In this document: one piece after another, positions 29,046 to 40,062 of the stretch | Numbering within the stretch: position 1 is the stretch's first letter | Layout of the letters: every line of letters starts with the position of its first letter | Assembly: GCA_965215605.1 (NCBI GenBank) | Contig: OZ244070.1 | Span: forward strand, 1,888,001 to 1,952,000 | Origin: an uncultured Candidatus Binatia bacterium | GTDB lineage: Bacteria > Desulfobacterota > Binatia > UBA9968 > JAJDTQ01 | Direction of reading: 5' to 3' | Length of the DNA: 64,000 nt | Position numbers and translations under genes: made by a program | The notes under the pieces: generated by a model | What the model was told of the DNA's origin: nothing | Databases searched by the model: none | What the model saw: the letters and a program-made list of their open reading frames with translations, nothing else

Positions 29046-29594
29046 ATGAAACGGATCTGTGTCTTTTCGGGGTCCAGCAGCGGCTCACTCGACGACTACG
29101 CCCGCACGGCGGCGTCGCTGGGCCGCGAGCTGGCCCGGCGCGGCATCGGGGTGGTCTACGGCGCCGCCTCCATCGGGCTCATGGGATGCGTGGCGGACGC
29201 GGCCCTCGAGGAGGGCGGCGAGGTCACCGGCATCATCCCCGAGGCCTTGATGATGGACGAAGTGGTGCACACGGGCCTCACCGATCTCAGGGTGGTGGCC
29301 TCCATGCACGAACGCAAGGCCCTCATGGCGCGGCTGTCGGACGGTTTCATCGCCCTCCCGGGGGGCTACGGCACGCTGGAGGAGCTGGCGGAGATGATTA
29401 CGTGGCTCCAGCTCCGCATCCATGCCAAGCCCTGCGGCGTTCTCAACGTCCGGGATTACTACGGTCACCTGATCCGCTTCCTCGACCACGCGGTGGACCA
29501 GGGTTTTCTCAAGCAGAAGCACCGTGACAAGCTGCTCATCGCCGATACCGTCGACGGTGTGCTGGATGCGCTGGCGAGCTTCCGTCTGCCGTGA
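29046..29594 (+). CDS. LOG-family (TIGR00730) phosphoribohydrolase
   Basis: MHERK, FIALPGGYGTLEEL. Confidence 0.92.
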   Translation: MKRICVFSGSSSGSLDDYARTAASLGRELARRGIGVVYGAASIGLMGCVADAALEEGGEVTGIIPEALMMDEVVHTGLTDLRVVASMHERKALMARLSDGFIALPGGYGTLEELAEMITWLQLRIHAKPCGVLNVRDYYGHLIRFLDHAVDQGFLKQKHRDKLLIADTVDGVLDALASFRLP

Positions 29595-29618
29595 AGCGCG
29601 TGTGCCCGGGAGCCGGGC

Positions 29619-31136
29619 TCACGGTCGGAGCCGCCCGAATCCCCTGACCGCCACCGCCGCGACGCTGACCAGGGTCATGAGCCAGGCGAACCAGTCGCCG
29701 TAGCGCACGTACACCGTATCCAGCTCCATCAACGGGACGGTGGCCTTCAAGGCCCCCTCCGAGAACAGCGGCAGCGGCGCCGCCATGCGGCCCGCGGGAT
29801 CGATGACGGTGGTGAGCCCGGTGTTGGTGCCCCGCACCATGGCCCGGCGGGTCTCCAGGGCGCGCCACCGGGCCAACCGCGCATGCTGCCACGGCGCCGC
29901 GGTGCGGCCGTACCAGGCATCGTTGGTGAGGTTCACCAGCAGGTTGGCGCCCTCATTCCGGACGAAGCGGCGCGACAGCGCTGGCATGAGGTCCTCGTAG
30001 CAGATGAGCGGGGCGACCCGCGCCCCCTTCGGGAGGACGAAGGGGGTTTCCATCCCGCCGGGCGTGAAGCCGTCGCCGATGGGCGGCATGCCCGGTAACC
30101 CGCCGATGAGCCACGCCAGGGGGATGTACTCGCCGAAGGCCAGCAGCACCCGCTTGTGGTAGCGCCCCAGCACGGTCCCGGCGGAGTCCACCGCGAACGC
30201 GCTGTTGTACCGGCGGATGCGGTTCCCGGACTCGCGCCGGTAGCTGATGGCGCCGAAGATCATGTGCGGATGGCGCGCCGGCAGCAGCGCCGGCGGCACC
30301 CTTCCGGCGCTCTCCGGAAGCCACGTCTCCATGGCGGACTCGGGCCAGACCACCAGGTCCGCGTCCGCGTGCTTTGCGGAAAGGTCCTTGTAGGTCTGCT
30401 GGTTGGTCTTCAGGAACGCGGCCTTGCCCTTTCGCTCGATGTCGATGTTCCCTTGTATGACCGCCACGTCGAGCTTCGGGGCGGCCGCCGCGGCGGCGCT
30501 GATCTGCGCCACCCGCACCGGCCCGTACACCAGGGCGGCGAGCAGGATCGCCCCCGCGCCGGCCGCGGTCCACGCCGCCCCGCGCGTCGTGCCGTGGCCC
30601 CGGCGCGCCCGAAGGATCCTGTAAAGCGCGGTGCCGGACCATAGCAACACGAAGGTGGTGCCGTAGTGGCCCACCAGGTCCGCCGACTGGTTGAGGGAAG
30701 TGAACGCCGTCTGACTCGTGGCGAGATACCAGGGGAAGAGGTTGGGGAACCAGAACTCGACGGTGACCCAGAACGCCGGGGGCAAGAGCCCAAGCGGCCC
30801 GGTCCCGCACAGGCGCACGAGCGCCGCGAACACCACGAACGGCATGGCCGACCAGGCCACGAAGAGAACGAAGCCCGTTGCCGCCAAGGCGTAGTTGACG
30901 CCGCCGAACACGTGAATGGTGTAGACCAGCCAGTGAAAGCCCAGCGCGATGACGGCCGCCCCCGTGAGCGCCCCGGCCAGGAGCGCGTGACGCCAATGGC
31001 GCGCGCCCTCCAGCGCCGTCAGCCACGGCACCGGGGCGAGCCAGGTCAGGGGGAACAGGATCGGCCAGAGGAAGGGGGCGGCAATGAGTGCGGCGGCGAG
31101 GAGCGACAACCACGATAGCGACCTGAAACCAGCCAT
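29619..31136 (-). CDS. lnt: Apolipoprotein N-acyltransferase
   Basis: QGNI, WPES, YNS, K..L.FGEYIP, LICYE, TNDAWYG. Confidence 0.92.
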   Translation of the reverse strand: MAGFRSLSWLSLLAAALIAAPFLWPILFPLTWLAPVPWLTALEGARHWRHALLAGALTGAAVIALGFHWLVYTIHVFGGVNYALAATGFVLFVAWSAMPFVVFAALVRLCGTGPLGLLPPAFWVTVEFWFPNLFPWYLATSQTAFTSLNQSADLVGHYGTTFVLLWSGTALYRILRARRGHGTTRGAAWTAAGAGAILLAALVYGPVRVAQISAAAAAAPKLDVAVIQGNIDIERKGKAAFLKTNQQTYKDLSAKHADADLVVWPESAMETWLPESAGRVPPALLPARHPHMIFGAISYRRESGNRIRRYNSAFAVDSAGTVLGRYHKRVLLAFGEYIPLAWLIGGLPGMPPIGDGFTPGGMETPFVLPKGARVAPLICYEDLMPALSRRFVRNEGANLLVNLTNDAWYGRTAAPWQHARLARWRALETRRAMVRGTNTGLTTVIDPAGRMAAPLPLFSEGALKATVPLMELDTVYVRYGDWFAWLMTLVSVAAVAVRGFGRLRP

Positions 31137-31333
31137 GAAGCCGGAAGTCTACGGGTACGGCGAACGGCCGTCAACGCGTGTCGAATCCCGTTGACAGGAG
31201 AATTCCCGAACAACTAGAGTACGAGGGTGCAGCGTCCGCCAGGCCGCATGCGCAGCGGCGTTGCCGGTCCCCGCGTTGTCGGTCCATTTGCCAGACACGC
31301 GGTGAATCCCAAGGAACGGAAAGGGGAGAGAAA

Positions 31334-32365
31334 ATGGGTCAAGCATTCATCGATGCCGACGGGCACATCATGGAGCGCGAGAACGAGATCAACGAGTTCA
31401 TTGACCGGCAGTACCTGGGCCGGGGCAGCCTGAGCTTCCGTCAGATGCTGCCGAGCCTGGACAAGTTCCACACTCCCAGGAGCCGCATCATCGAGCCGGA
31501 GGGGATCTTCGACGCCTCCGTGGGGCCCGAGCGCTGGCTCGAGTTCCTCGCAAAGACCGGGATCGAGAGCTCGGTACTCTATCCCACGGCCGGCCTTTCC
31601 TACGGCCAGGTGCACTTTCCCGAGTGGGCGGCGGCGTACGCGCGGGCATACAACGACTGGTTCACGGAGAAGTACGCGAAGGTCAGCGACCGTTTCAAGG
31701 GGGTTGCGCTGATTCCGGTGCAGGACGTGAAGGCGGCGGTGAAAGAGCTGCGCCGGGCGGTCAAGGACCTGGGCATGGTGTGCGCCATGCTGCCGTCCAA
31801 CGGTCTCGACCGGCACTACGGCTCCGAGGAGTTCTGGCCGCTCTACGAGGAGGCGGAAAAGCTCGATTGCGCCCTGGCCGTCCACGGCGGTTGCTACGGC
31901 GATCTGGGCTTCAACTCCTTCAAGGTCTTTCCGGCCACCCGCGCCCTGGGCATGCCCTTTCCCTTGGCCATCCACATGACCGGGATGATGTCGGAGGGCG
32001 TGTTCGACCGGTTCCCCGATCTTCGGGTGGGTTTTCTCGAAGGCGGCACGTCGTGGATTCCGCTGGTGCTCGACCGGCTGAACCGCGAGGTGGAGTACGG
32101 CGGCCTGCAGCTCAAGAGGGAACCCCTCGACTACTTCCGTAGCGGCAGGGTCTTCATCGGATGCGAGGGCAACGAGGACGTGCTGGTCTACTGTGTCAAT
32201 CGCATAGGACACGAGGTCTTCATGTTCTGCTCCGACTTCCCTCACGAGATCACCATGGACAACTGCATGGAGGAGATCGACGAAATCCGCGACCGGGAAG
32301 AGCTCACCGACGAGCAGAAACAGGCCATTCTCGGGGACAACGCCCGGAACTTCTACAAGATCTGA
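31334..32365 (+). CDS. Amidohydrolase family 2 protein
   Basis: IDADGH, FLEGG, SDFPHE; promoter-like TTGACA-N18-TAGAGT at 31191. Confidence 0.88.
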   Translation: MGQAFIDADGHIMERENEINEFIDRQYLGRGSLSFRQMLPSLDKFHTPRSRIIEPEGIFDASVGPERWLEFLAKTGIESSVLYPTAGLSYGQVHFPEWAAAYARAYNDWFTEKYAKVSDRFKGVALIPVQDVKAAVKELRRAVKDLGMVCAMLPSNGLDRHYGSEEFWPLYEEAEKLDCALAVHGGCYGDLGFNSFKVFPATRALGMPFPLAIHMTGMMSEGVFDRFPDLRVGFLEGGTSWIPLVLDRLNREVEYGGLQLKREPLDYFRSGRVFIGCEGNEDVLVYCVNRIGHEVFMFCSDFPHEITMDNCMEEIDEIRDREELTDEQKQAILGDNARNFYKI

Positions 32366-32402
32366 CGCAAGGGCGGCGGGAAGGGGAGGCCCTTTCCGCC
32401 GC

Positions 32403-32431
32403 TTGACGCTTCCGGACCGAGGGGCTACCAT
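32403..32431 (+). promoter_or_regulatory. Sigma70-type promoter of the RRM gene
   Basis: TTGACG-N17-TACCAT. Confidence 0.6.
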
Positions 32432-32591
32432 GGTTTCGTCCCTTGGGGACAGACCATCGTAAGTCTCACCTTGCGAAGCCTACTCGAAGGACCGACCGAG
32501 ATCGTGGTTCAGAAGAGGATCTTGCCATCTCCGACTCCTTTTGAAGTTAGCATTCAGGGTGTATGGCCATAACGTTTCAGGAGGAGCACAG

Positions 32592-32867
32592 ATGGAAGGC
32601 AGGAGACTCTATATCGGCGGGTTGCCGTACTCGACGACCGATATGCAGCTCGAGGAAATCTTCTCGGCGCACGGCACCGTTGAATCCGCACAGGTCATCA
32701 TCGACAAGTTCACCGGGCGCTCCCGGGGGTTCGGATTCGTGGAGATGGGTACCCCGGACGAGGCCGAGGCCGCGGTCAACGCCCTCAACGAGACGGACCT
32801 CGGAGGACGCACCATCACCGTGAACGAGGCCCGGCCCCAGCGCCGTGACTTCGGAGGCCGCCACTAG
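32592..32867 (+). CDS. RNA-binding protein (RRM)
   Basis: RNP2 LYIGGL, RNP1 RGFGFVEM, VNEARP. Confidence 0.93.
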   Translation: MEGRRLYIGGLPYSTTDMQLEEIFSAHGTVESAQVIIDKFTGRSRGFGFVEMGTPDEAEAAVNALNETDLGGRTITVNEARPQRRDFGGRH

Positions 32868-33162
32868 CGCGAACGGGACGTCCGTCCCTCGCCGGCTCGA
32901 TTCCAACCGTCATGACGGGCGCTCGGGCGCCCTTCGAAACACCCAAGCCGTGGGGCATGCGCGCCTCACGGCTTGACCCCATCCTTTCCCGGCGTGAATA
33001 CGCCGTCCGAACCGTCACCCCACGCACCCACAACCTCATTCCGGGCACCGCAGCGTCATCCCGGGCTTGACTTGGCGTTTCGCGTCATTGCCATTTCCCT
33101 ACGAATCGTGCATTTAGGCCTTGAGCCGACACAAGGGACCGGAGACTGAAAGGAGAGTCGAG

Positions 33163-34284
33163 ATGGCGACTGGCAACGGGTTCGGCAGCGCGAGCAAGAT
33201 CAAGCAGGTGGGACGCATGGACCTGCCCGGCGGCGGCAAGATCGAGGTGGACAAGGGCTTCGCCTACGTGGGGCACATGGACCCGCCTCACGGCACCTCC
33301 GTCATCGATGTGCGCGATCCGAAGAATCCCAAGCTCGTCGCCCAGCTAGACGTGCCTCCGGGGATCCACTCCCACAAGGCCGCGGTGAGCGACGGCGTGA
33401 TGATCGTCAACTACGAGCGCTACGAGAACAACCAGGATGCTCAGGGCGGCCTCAAGGTGTTCGACGTGTCTGATCCGGCCAAGCCGCGCGAGACGGCGTT
33501 CTTCGAGGCGTCGGCCAAGGGCGTCCATCGGTTCACTTTCGACGGCCGCTACGCCTACTTCTCGCCGGTGCCGGAAGGATACGTGGGCAACGTCTGCATG
33601 ATCCTGGACCTGGCGGACCCGGCCAACCCGCAAGAGGTGGGCCGTTGGTGGATGCCGGGGCAGTGGGTGGCCGGCGGCGAGGAACCGACGTGGCCCGGCA
33701 CCATGCACCGCTGTCATCATCCCATCCGCCGGGGCGACCGCCTGTACGTGAGCTACTGGCACGGCGGTTTCGTGATCCTCGACATCTCCGACATGAGCAA
33801 GCCCACTCTGGTGAGCCATTTCGATACGAGCCCACCCTTCCCGTCGCCCACCCACACCGCCCTGCCCATGCCGGAGAAGCTCATGGGCCGGGAGATCCTG
33901 GTGGTGGTGGACGAGGAAGCCCAGAAGTCGGCGCCCCTGCCTTACGCCTTCATGTGGGTGGTGGACATCAGCGACGAAGCTCATCCCGTGCCCATCGCCA
34001 CGTTCATGCCGGACATCGACGGCGAGCCGACGGACCGCTACGGCGCGCATCAGCCGGCGGAGCAGGTCTACAGCAACGTCCTCTACGTCACCTGGTTCAG
34101 CGGCGGCCTGCGCGCGGTGGACGTGTCCAACCCGTACCGGCCCAAGGAGGTAGGCTACTACGTGCCCGAGCCCGGCAAGGGCCAGAACACGGTCCAGAGC
34201 AACGACGTCTTCCATGACGAGAACGGACTGTTGTACCTGATCGACCGCCTCGACGGGCTGGAGATCCTCGAGCCCCAGGTGTAG
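33163..34284 (+). CDS. LVIVD-repeat protein
   Basis: Repeated V.DVSDP..P motifs; HSHK, HHP, THT, GAHQ. Confidence 0.8.
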   Translation: MATGNGFGSASKIKQVGRMDLPGGGKIEVDKGFAYVGHMDPPHGTSVIDVRDPKNPKLVAQLDVPPGIHSHKAAVSDGVMIVNYERYENNQDAQGGLKVFDVSDPAKPRETAFFEASAKGVHRFTFDGRYAYFSPVPEGYVGNVCMILDLADPANPQEVGRWWMPGQWVAGGEEPTWPGTMHRCHHPIRRGDRLYVSYWHGGFVILDISDMSKPTLVSHFDTSPPFPSPTHTALPMPEKLMGREILVVVDEEAQKSAPLPYAFMWVVDISDEAHPVPIATFMPDIDGEPTDRYGAHQPAEQVYSNVLYVTWFSGGLRAVDVSNPYRPKEVGYYVPEPGKGQNTVQSNDVFHDENGLLYLIDRLDGLEILEPQV

Positions 34285-34307
34285 GGCCCGGGGTTCACCG
34301 CACCGCC

Positions 34308-36716
34308 ATGGCGGATCGACGGAACGGCTCGGAGCCGCCCGCGGCACTGGGCCACCTTCGGGTGGTGGAGCTGGGAGACGTGCCCGCTGCCTACGCGGGC
34401 CGGCTGCTGGCCGACCTCGGCGCCGACGTCATCAAGGTGGAGCCGCCGGGCGGCGCCCCCGAACGCAGGCTTCCACCCTTCGCCGGAGGTGTTGAGGACA
34501 TCGAGCGGAGCCTCACGTCCATCTACGCCAACACCAACAAGCGCGGTCTGGTGCTGGACCTCTCCGCGGCCACGGACCGGGACATCTTCACGAGGCTCCT
34601 GCATTCGGCGGACGTATTCATCGAGGCCACGCCGCTGGGCCGCCTGGAGGAATGGGGCTTCACCGACCCGTGGTTGGAGGAGGCCTGCCCCGCACTGGTG
34701 ACGGTGTCCATGACGCCCTTCGGCCGTACCGGCCCCTACCGTCACTACAAGACCAGCGACGCCATCACCAACGGCGCCGGCGGCTTTCTCTACGGCCAGG
34801 GAGACGACGAGCGCGGGCCATGCACCGCGCCGTCCCACTCCGCCTACCAGGTGGCCGGGTGCGTGGCCGCGACCCTGGCCGTGGCCGGAGTTCGGCACCG
34901 GCGACGCAGCGGCGCGGGCCAGCGGCTGGATGTCTCGCTGCAGGAGGCCCTGACCTTTACCAACAGCAGCTCCATCGCCCGCTACACCCTGGAGAACCGC
35001 ATGGGGCGCCGGCCCGGCGCCAAGACCTACGGCGGCTCGGTGACCAACATCTACCGCTGCAAGGACGGCCGCTACGTCCACTTCACCGCCAACCTGCCGC
35101 ACATGTGGCGCGAGTTGACCCAGAACTGGATGACCGGCACGGTCCTGTCCGAGCCGCAATGGGAGGACATGGCCTACCGGGACGCCCGCAGCGACGAGGC
35201 CTCCGCGGTGGTGGCGGAGTTCATCGGCGGCTTCACTGCCGACGAGTTCGTGGCCGAGGCCCAGGGGCGGCATCTCTCCGCGGCTCCCCTCAACACCGTG
35301 GGCCAGTTCGTGGAAGGCGAGCAACTGGCCGCGCGCCACTGGCTCCAGGAGATCGAGCACCCGATCATCGGCCGCTACCGGGCGCCGGGTTTCCCCATGC
35401 GGCTTTCCGGGACCCCCATGCGGGTGCGCCGTCCGGCGCCGCTGCTGGACCAACACCGGCAGGAGGTGCTGGCCGAGCTGGAGCGGGGCAGGGAACCCTG
35501 TGCGGTGCCCGCGCAGACGGACGCGGAACCGGGCGACGGCATGTTGTCGGGGCTCCGCATGGCCGACCTGACCCAGCAGTTCGCCGGCCCCCTGGGCACC
35601 GAGATCCTGGGCTACTACGGCGTGGAGGTGCTCAAGATCGAGTCCAGCACGGTGGCGGCCCGGGGCCGGGGCGCCGCCATCCACGCCGACATGAACCGGG
35701 CCAAGCTGGGCGTCACCCTGAACCTGCGGCACGACCAGGGCAAGGAGATGTTCCGCCGGCTGGTGGGGCGCTCCCAGTTGGTGGTGGAGAACTTCAGCGT
35801 GGGAGTCATGGAGCGGCTAGGCTTCGACTACGAGTCGCTGCGCAAGGTGAACCCGGGCATCATCCAGGTGTCCATGCCCGGCTGGGGCAGGGAAGGGCCG
35901 CTACGGTCGTGGGTGGCCTGGGGCTGGCAACTCCTGGCCTACACCGGCCTCATGCGGCTCTGGGGCTATCCCGAGTCGCCCATGCGCGCCCGCTGCAAGA
36001 TCGCCTGGCCGGACCGGGTGGGCGCCATCACCATGGCCCTGGGAGTCGCCGCCGCCGTGGAGCACCAGGAACGCACCGGCGAGGGACAGTTCATCGAGGC
36101 CTCCATGCTCGAGGCCCAGGGCGCCATGATGGGCCCCGCCATCCTCGACTACACGGTCAACGGCAACGAATGGGACACGCTGGGATACCGGGAAATACTC
36201 GGGGAGCCCTACGCCCCCTACGGCTGCTACCCGTGTGCCGGCAACGACGACTGGGTCATCATCGCCTGCGAGACCGACGAGGAGTGGCGGGCCATGGCCG
36301 GGGTCATCGGCGCGGGCTCATGGGCCGACGACGAGCGCTTCGCCGACAAGGAAGGGCGGCGGCGGCACCGCGACGAGCTGGATGAGAAGCTGACAGGGTG
36401 GACCCGCACCCAGACCGCCCGCCAGGCCTTCCGCCGCCTCCAGGAAGCCGGCGTGGCCGCCGGCATCCCCATGTCCGGCGAGGACCTCTACTACGACCCC
36501 CACCTGCGCGAGCGCGGCCACATCGTCGAGATGGACGAACCCCCCTGGGGCCGGGTCGGCCACCACGGCATCCCCGGCATCCCGTCCCGCTCCAAGGCGA
36601 GCGCCGCCCAACCCGCGCCCTGGATCGGGGCGCACAACGCCTATGTGCTGGGCGAAGTACTGGGGTTGTCGGAAGAGGAGATCGCCGCATTGGAGGAAGC
36701 GGAGGCGATCAAGTAG
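34308..36716 (+). CDS. Double-domain CoA-transferase family III (CaiB/BaiF)
   Basis: LADLGADVIKVEPPGG; second domain with NRAK, VVENF. Confidence 0.9.
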   Translation: MADRRNGSEPPAALGHLRVVELGDVPAAYAGRLLADLGADVIKVEPPGGAPERRLPPFAGGVEDIERSLTSIYANTNKRGLVLDLSAATDRDIFTRLLHSADVFIEATPLGRLEEWGFTDPWLEEACPALVTVSMTPFGRTGPYRHYKTSDAITNGAGGFLYGQGDDERGPCTAPSHSAYQVAGCVAATLAVAGVRHRRRSGAGQRLDVSLQEALTFTNSSSIARYTLENRMGRRPGAKTYGGSVTNIYRCKDGRYVHFTANLPHMWRELTQNWMTGTVLSEPQWEDMAYRDARSDEASAVVAEFIGGFTADEFVAEAQGRHLSAAPLNTVGQFVEGEQLAARHWLQEIEHPIIGRYRAPGFPMRLSGTPMRVRRPAPLLDQHRQEVLAELERGREPCAVPAQTDAEPGDGMLSGLRMADLTQQFAGPLGTEILGYYGVEVLKIESSTVAARGRGAAIHADMNRAKLGVTLNLRHDQGKEMFRRLVGRSQLVVENFSVGVMERLGFDYESLRKVNPGIIQVSMPGWGREGPLRSWVAWGWQLLAYTGLMRLWGYPESPMRARCKIAWPDRVGAITMALGVAAAVEHQERTGEGQFIEASMLEAQGAMMGPAILDYTVNGNEWDTLGYREILGEPYAPYGCYPCAGNDDWVIIACETDEEWRAMAGVIGAGSWADDERFADKEGRRRHRDELDEKLTGWTRTQTARQAFRRLQEAGVAAGIPMSGEDLYYDPHLRERGHIVEMDEPPWGRVGHHGIPGIPSRSKASAAQPAPWIGAHNAYVLGEVLGLSEEEIAALEEAEAIK

Positions 36717-36725
36717 CCCGCGGTT

Positions 36726-37454
36726 TCAGGTTGGTCTGGAACTCCCCACGTTGGGCATCTGATCCCACACTTGGTTGTCCAGGGTTCTTCCTGTTCTCTT
36801 CTTGAATACCCCGCCCCATTGCTTGAAAAAGAATGGCACCTTGTTCTGTAGGCAGTTGTCGCGGATTTCCCGTATCCAGTCGGCTTCCATCGGTCGTGCC
36901 CTCGGTCCCGATTCGCCGCCGACAATCACCCAGTCGATGCCATCAAGGGGCATGCCCGTTAGTGGTCCAAGCAGGGGTTCCAGCGATAGAAATTTGACCA
37001 AAGCACTGGTTTCTCTGAGTCGCTCCAACCTGTCCAACCACCGTACCGACTCGATACTCGTTCCGAGCCAGATATTCGGCGTCCATGACAGCCGGTTCTT
37101 TAGTTGTAAGACCCGCCCGGGTCGCTTGGTGAGCACCTGGAAGGTGTGTTGGGGTGAGCGGTTCATAGCATCGAACACCGCACCGATGAACTCGGTCGGG
37201 ACCGATTTGTGGAACAGGTCCGACATGGAGTTGACAAAAACAAGATGCGGCCGACGCCAACTCGCGGGCTCCTCCAACGTACGCGGGTGGACGGTTACCT
37301 TGAAGCCCTCTCGGTACTTGTGCGCCCCCATGGCTTGCAGCCGCCTGGACATACGCTCCGCGTAGCAGTGTTTGCAGCCAGGACTGATCTTCGTGCACCC
37401 GGTTACCGGATTCCAGGTGATCTCAGTCCATTCGATGGCGGAGCGAGAAGCCAT
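36726..37454 (-). CDS. Phage Gp37/Gp68 (DUF5131) family protein
   Basis: [51 protein letters not shown]. Confidence 0.92.
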   Translation of the reverse strand: MASRSAIEWTEITWNPVTGCTKISPGCKHCYAERMSRRLQAMGAHKYREGFKVTVHPRTLEEPASWRRPHLVFVNSMSDLFHKSVPTEFIGAVFDAMNRSPQHTFQVLTKRPGRVLQLKNRLSWTPNIWLGTSIESVRWLDRLERLRETSALVKFLSLEPLLGPLTGMPLDGIDWVIVGGESGPRARPMEADWIREIRDNCLQNKVPFFFKQWGGVFKKRTGRTLDNQVWDQMPNVGSSRPT

Positions 37455-37456
37455 GC

Positions 37457-37572
37457 CTAAAGATGTTCCAGGATATGCCCTGCGATACGTTTGGCAGTGG
37501 CTGTTCCTTTCGGATTGCCTACGCAGAACAATAGCTCGAACAACGGCGAATTCCTGGAGTTCCTCGGCAGTT
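37457..37572 (-). pseudogene. C-terminal remnant of three-Cys-motif partner protein (TcmP-like)
   Basis: [29 protein letters not shown] directly upstream of DUF5131. Confidence 0.6.
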
Positions 37573-37581
37573 GGTCGATCT

Positions 37582-38472
37582 TTATGAATGCGCCCCTTTG
37601 GAGAACGGCCCGAAGGGTTCCGGGCGGAAAGGCTCGTCCCGGGCTTCGAAGAAGGCCCGCAGGCCGCCCTGCTTGCGGGCGTCCTCCAGCCTCTTGTTGA
37701 ACTCTTCCCGTTTGGAGAGCCGGGCCATGGCGCTCAGCTCCGAGTTGAGCAGCCAAGCCTTGTGGAGCCCCATCATCTCCAGCCCCTGGGTGGCGATGGC
37801 CAGGTTGATCTTCACCGTCTCGGGCGGCACCAGGGCCACGCGCTCGACCATGCGGAAGCATTCCTCCAGGAGTTCCTCCCTGGGCACGACTTTGTTGACC
37901 AGGCCGATGCGGAGCGCTTCCCCCGCGTCCACGTGGTCGCCGGTGAGGGCGTAGCGCAGGGCGTTCTTGGGGCCGGCCAGCAGCACCCAGATGAAGTCGG
38001 TGCCGGCGGCTTGGCGCACTTGGGGCTGGCCGAACACGGCGTCGTCCGCGGCCACGGTCAGATGGCAGGTCAGGGCCAGCCACGAGGCCGTGCCCAGGCA
38101 CCAGCCGTTGACCGCGCCGACGATGGGCTTGGGGTACTCCCAGCGGTAGAGGCGCCGCCGCAGGATTTCCTCGCGGTCCTTGTCCCGGACGTCGTCGAAC
38201 TCCTTGTAGAGTGGCACTCCCTCCGGCAGGGCTTGGGGCCACACGGTGTCGGGGACATCTTCCCCGGACATGTCCTCGCCGGTGGAGAAGCAGTCGCCCG
38301 AGCCGGTGAGAATCACGCCCCGCACTTCCGGATCGTCCTTGGCCTCGGCCAGGGCCGTGTCGAGCTCGGCCAGCAGCGCCTCGCTCAGGGCGTTGCGCCG
38401 TTCCGGACGGTTGAGGGTGATGAGGACGCCGCTGCGTTGTTTTTCGTAGAGGATGTTCTGATAGGTGGTCAT
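37582..38472 (-). CDS. Enoyl-CoA hydratase/isomerase family protein
   Basis: [22 protein letters not shown]. Confidence 0.88.
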   Translation of the reverse strand: MTTYQNILYEKQRSGVLITLNRPERRNALSEALLAELDTALAEAKDDPEVRGVILTGSGDCFSTGEDMSGEDVPDTVWPQALPEGVPLYKEFDDVRDKDREEILRRRLYRWEYPKPIVGAVNGWCLGTASWLALTCHLTVAADDAVFGQPQVRQAAGTDFIWVLLAGPKNALRYALTGDHVDAGEALRIGLVNKVVPREELLEECFRMVERVALVPPETVKINLAIATQGLEMMGLHKAWLLNSELSAMARLSKREEFNKRLEDARKQGGLRAFFEARDEPFRPEPFGPFSKGAHS

Positions 38473-38529
38473 GGGGTCTCCTCGCGGGATGTTCGTTTCC
38501 GGGTGCCGTGTGGCCTTCGGCCGGCGGCC

Positions 38530-39408
38530 TTACTCCTTGGGCTTCGATCTCGGACCGAACGGTTCGGGCTGGAACGGACCGTCGCGCAGTTGCAGGTACT
38601 CCCGGATGTTCTTCTCCCTGGCCTCGTTGAGCGGGCGGCGGTGCTCCTCGCGCAGCATGACGTGGGCGGGGGCCGAGAGCTGGGAGTCCAGCATCAGGGC
38701 GTCGCGCAGGCCCATCATCTCCATGCCCAGGGTGGCGATGGCGAGGTTGATCTTCACCGTTTCGGGCGGCACCAGCGCGATGCGGTCCGCCAGCTCGAGG
38801 CACTCGTCCAGGAGCCGCTCATGGGGCACCACCTTGATGACCAGGCCGATACGCAGGGCTTCCTGGGCGTCGATGTGGTCGCCCACCAGGCCGTAGCGGA
38901 GCGAGTTCTTGACCCCGGCGAGCATGGTCCAAAGGAAGCTCGTGTTGGAGCCGTGGCGCACCTCGGGCTGGGCGAAGACCGCGTTCTCCGAGGCGATGGT
39001 GATGTGGGTGCACAGCGCCAGCCACGAGCCCGCGCCCATGGCCCAGCCGTTGATGGCGCCGATGACCGGCTTGTCCAGCTCCCACAGCCGCAGGAACTCG
39101 TTGCCCTCCCGGCCGCGCCAGGAGTCGATCCAGTCCGACGCGGACTGCCCCACCGGAACGCCGTACGGCCACTCGAGATCGCGCCGCCGCCCGGGCTTGG
39201 GTCCCTGGTCCATGCCGGCGGAAAAGGCGCGTCCGGCGCCGGTGATGATGACGGCCCGCACCTCCGGGTCGGCCACGGCCTCGTCCAGCGCCGCAGACAT
39301 CTCGTGCTGGACCGTGGGGCTGATGGCGTTCATGACCTGCGGCCGGTTCAGCGTGATCAACCCGGCGGCGCCGCGTCGCTCGTACAGAATCTCGGTGTAG
39401 TTTGCCAT
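38530..39408 (-). CDS. Enoyl-CoA hydratase/isomerase family protein (tandem paralog)
   Basis: ITLNRP..NAI, AFSAGMD, KPVIGAING, QPEVR. Confidence 0.9.
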   Translation of the reverse strand: MANYTEILYERRGAAGLITLNRPQVMNAISPTVQHEMSAALDEAVADPEVRAVIITGAGRAFSAGMDQGPKPGRRRDLEWPYGVPVGQSASDWIDSWRGREGNEFLRLWELDKPVIGAINGWAMGAGSWLALCTHITIASENAVFAQPEVRHGSNTSFLWTMLAGVKNSLRYGLVGDHIDAQEALRIGLVIKVVPHERLLDECLELADRIALVPPETVKINLAIATLGMEMMGLRDALMLDSQLSAPAHVMLREEHRRPLNEAREKNIREYLQLRDGPFQPEPFGPRSKPKE

Positions 39409-39426
39409 GGGGTTATTCCTATCTTC

Positions 39427-40062
39427 TTATTTCTCTTTCTTCCACACGATGCGGTAGATGCCGGCGATGTCGGCGAGCGGCATGATGATGGGGTCGTAGC
39501 CGTGGGCGATGCTGATGAGGACCAGATTGCCGTTCTGTTTCTTGATGCGCTTGATCAGGTACTCGCCGCCCACGGTCTTGACCACGCAGTAGTCGCCCGA
39601 GTGCCATTCCTTGTTGGGCGAGCACACGACGATCTCCTTGTCCTCGTAGCGCGGGCTCATGGAGTCGCCGCGGACCTCGACCCCGAAGGCGTTGGCGTCG
39701 CCGAGGTCGTAGGGGCGCGACACCCGGCGCCAGCCCTCGCCCACCGGAAAGCCGTCCTCGGAGAACTCCCCCCGGCCGGCGCCGGCGCGTCCCACCACCG
39801 GCAGGTCGTCCGGCACGTGGCCGGACACGTCCCGCACCTGGTCGTTGGTGGACAGGAGCCATTCCAGGGAGACGCCGCACACCGACGCCAGCCGGTGCAG
39901 GATGGCGGACTGCGGCGCGCGGTCGCCGGCCATGTAGTTGTAGACCGCGGTCTTGGAGATTCCCGCCCGCGCGGCCACGTCCAGCGGGTCCCGGTCCGCT
40001 AGGGCGAGGGTCAGGCGACGGGCGAGATCGGTCTTGGGTAGTCTTGTTTTTTTCCTTGGCAT
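39427..40062 (-). CDS. CI/LexA-like repressor (XRE HTH + S24 peptidase)
   Basis: HTH..VSLEWLL; AG cleavage site in GRAGAG; VRGDSMSP; LIKR. Confidence 0.88.
   Translation of the reverse strand: MPRKKTRLPKTDLARRLTLALADRDPLDVAARAGISKTAVYNYMAGDRAPQSAILHRLASVCGVSLEWLLSTNDQVRDVSGHVPDDLPVVGRAGAGRGEFSEDGFPVGEGWRRVSRPYDLGDANAFGVEVRGDSMSPRYEDKEIVVCSPNKEWHSGDYCVVKTVGGEYLIKRIKKQNGNLVLISIAHGYDPIIMPLADIAGIYRIVWKKEK

Noticed and set aside
37588-40002. 804-aa + strand ORF (also 48006-50084, 46286-48043, 2690-4426)
   Set aside because: Antisense shadow ORFs of GC-rich genes with recognisable products on the other strand
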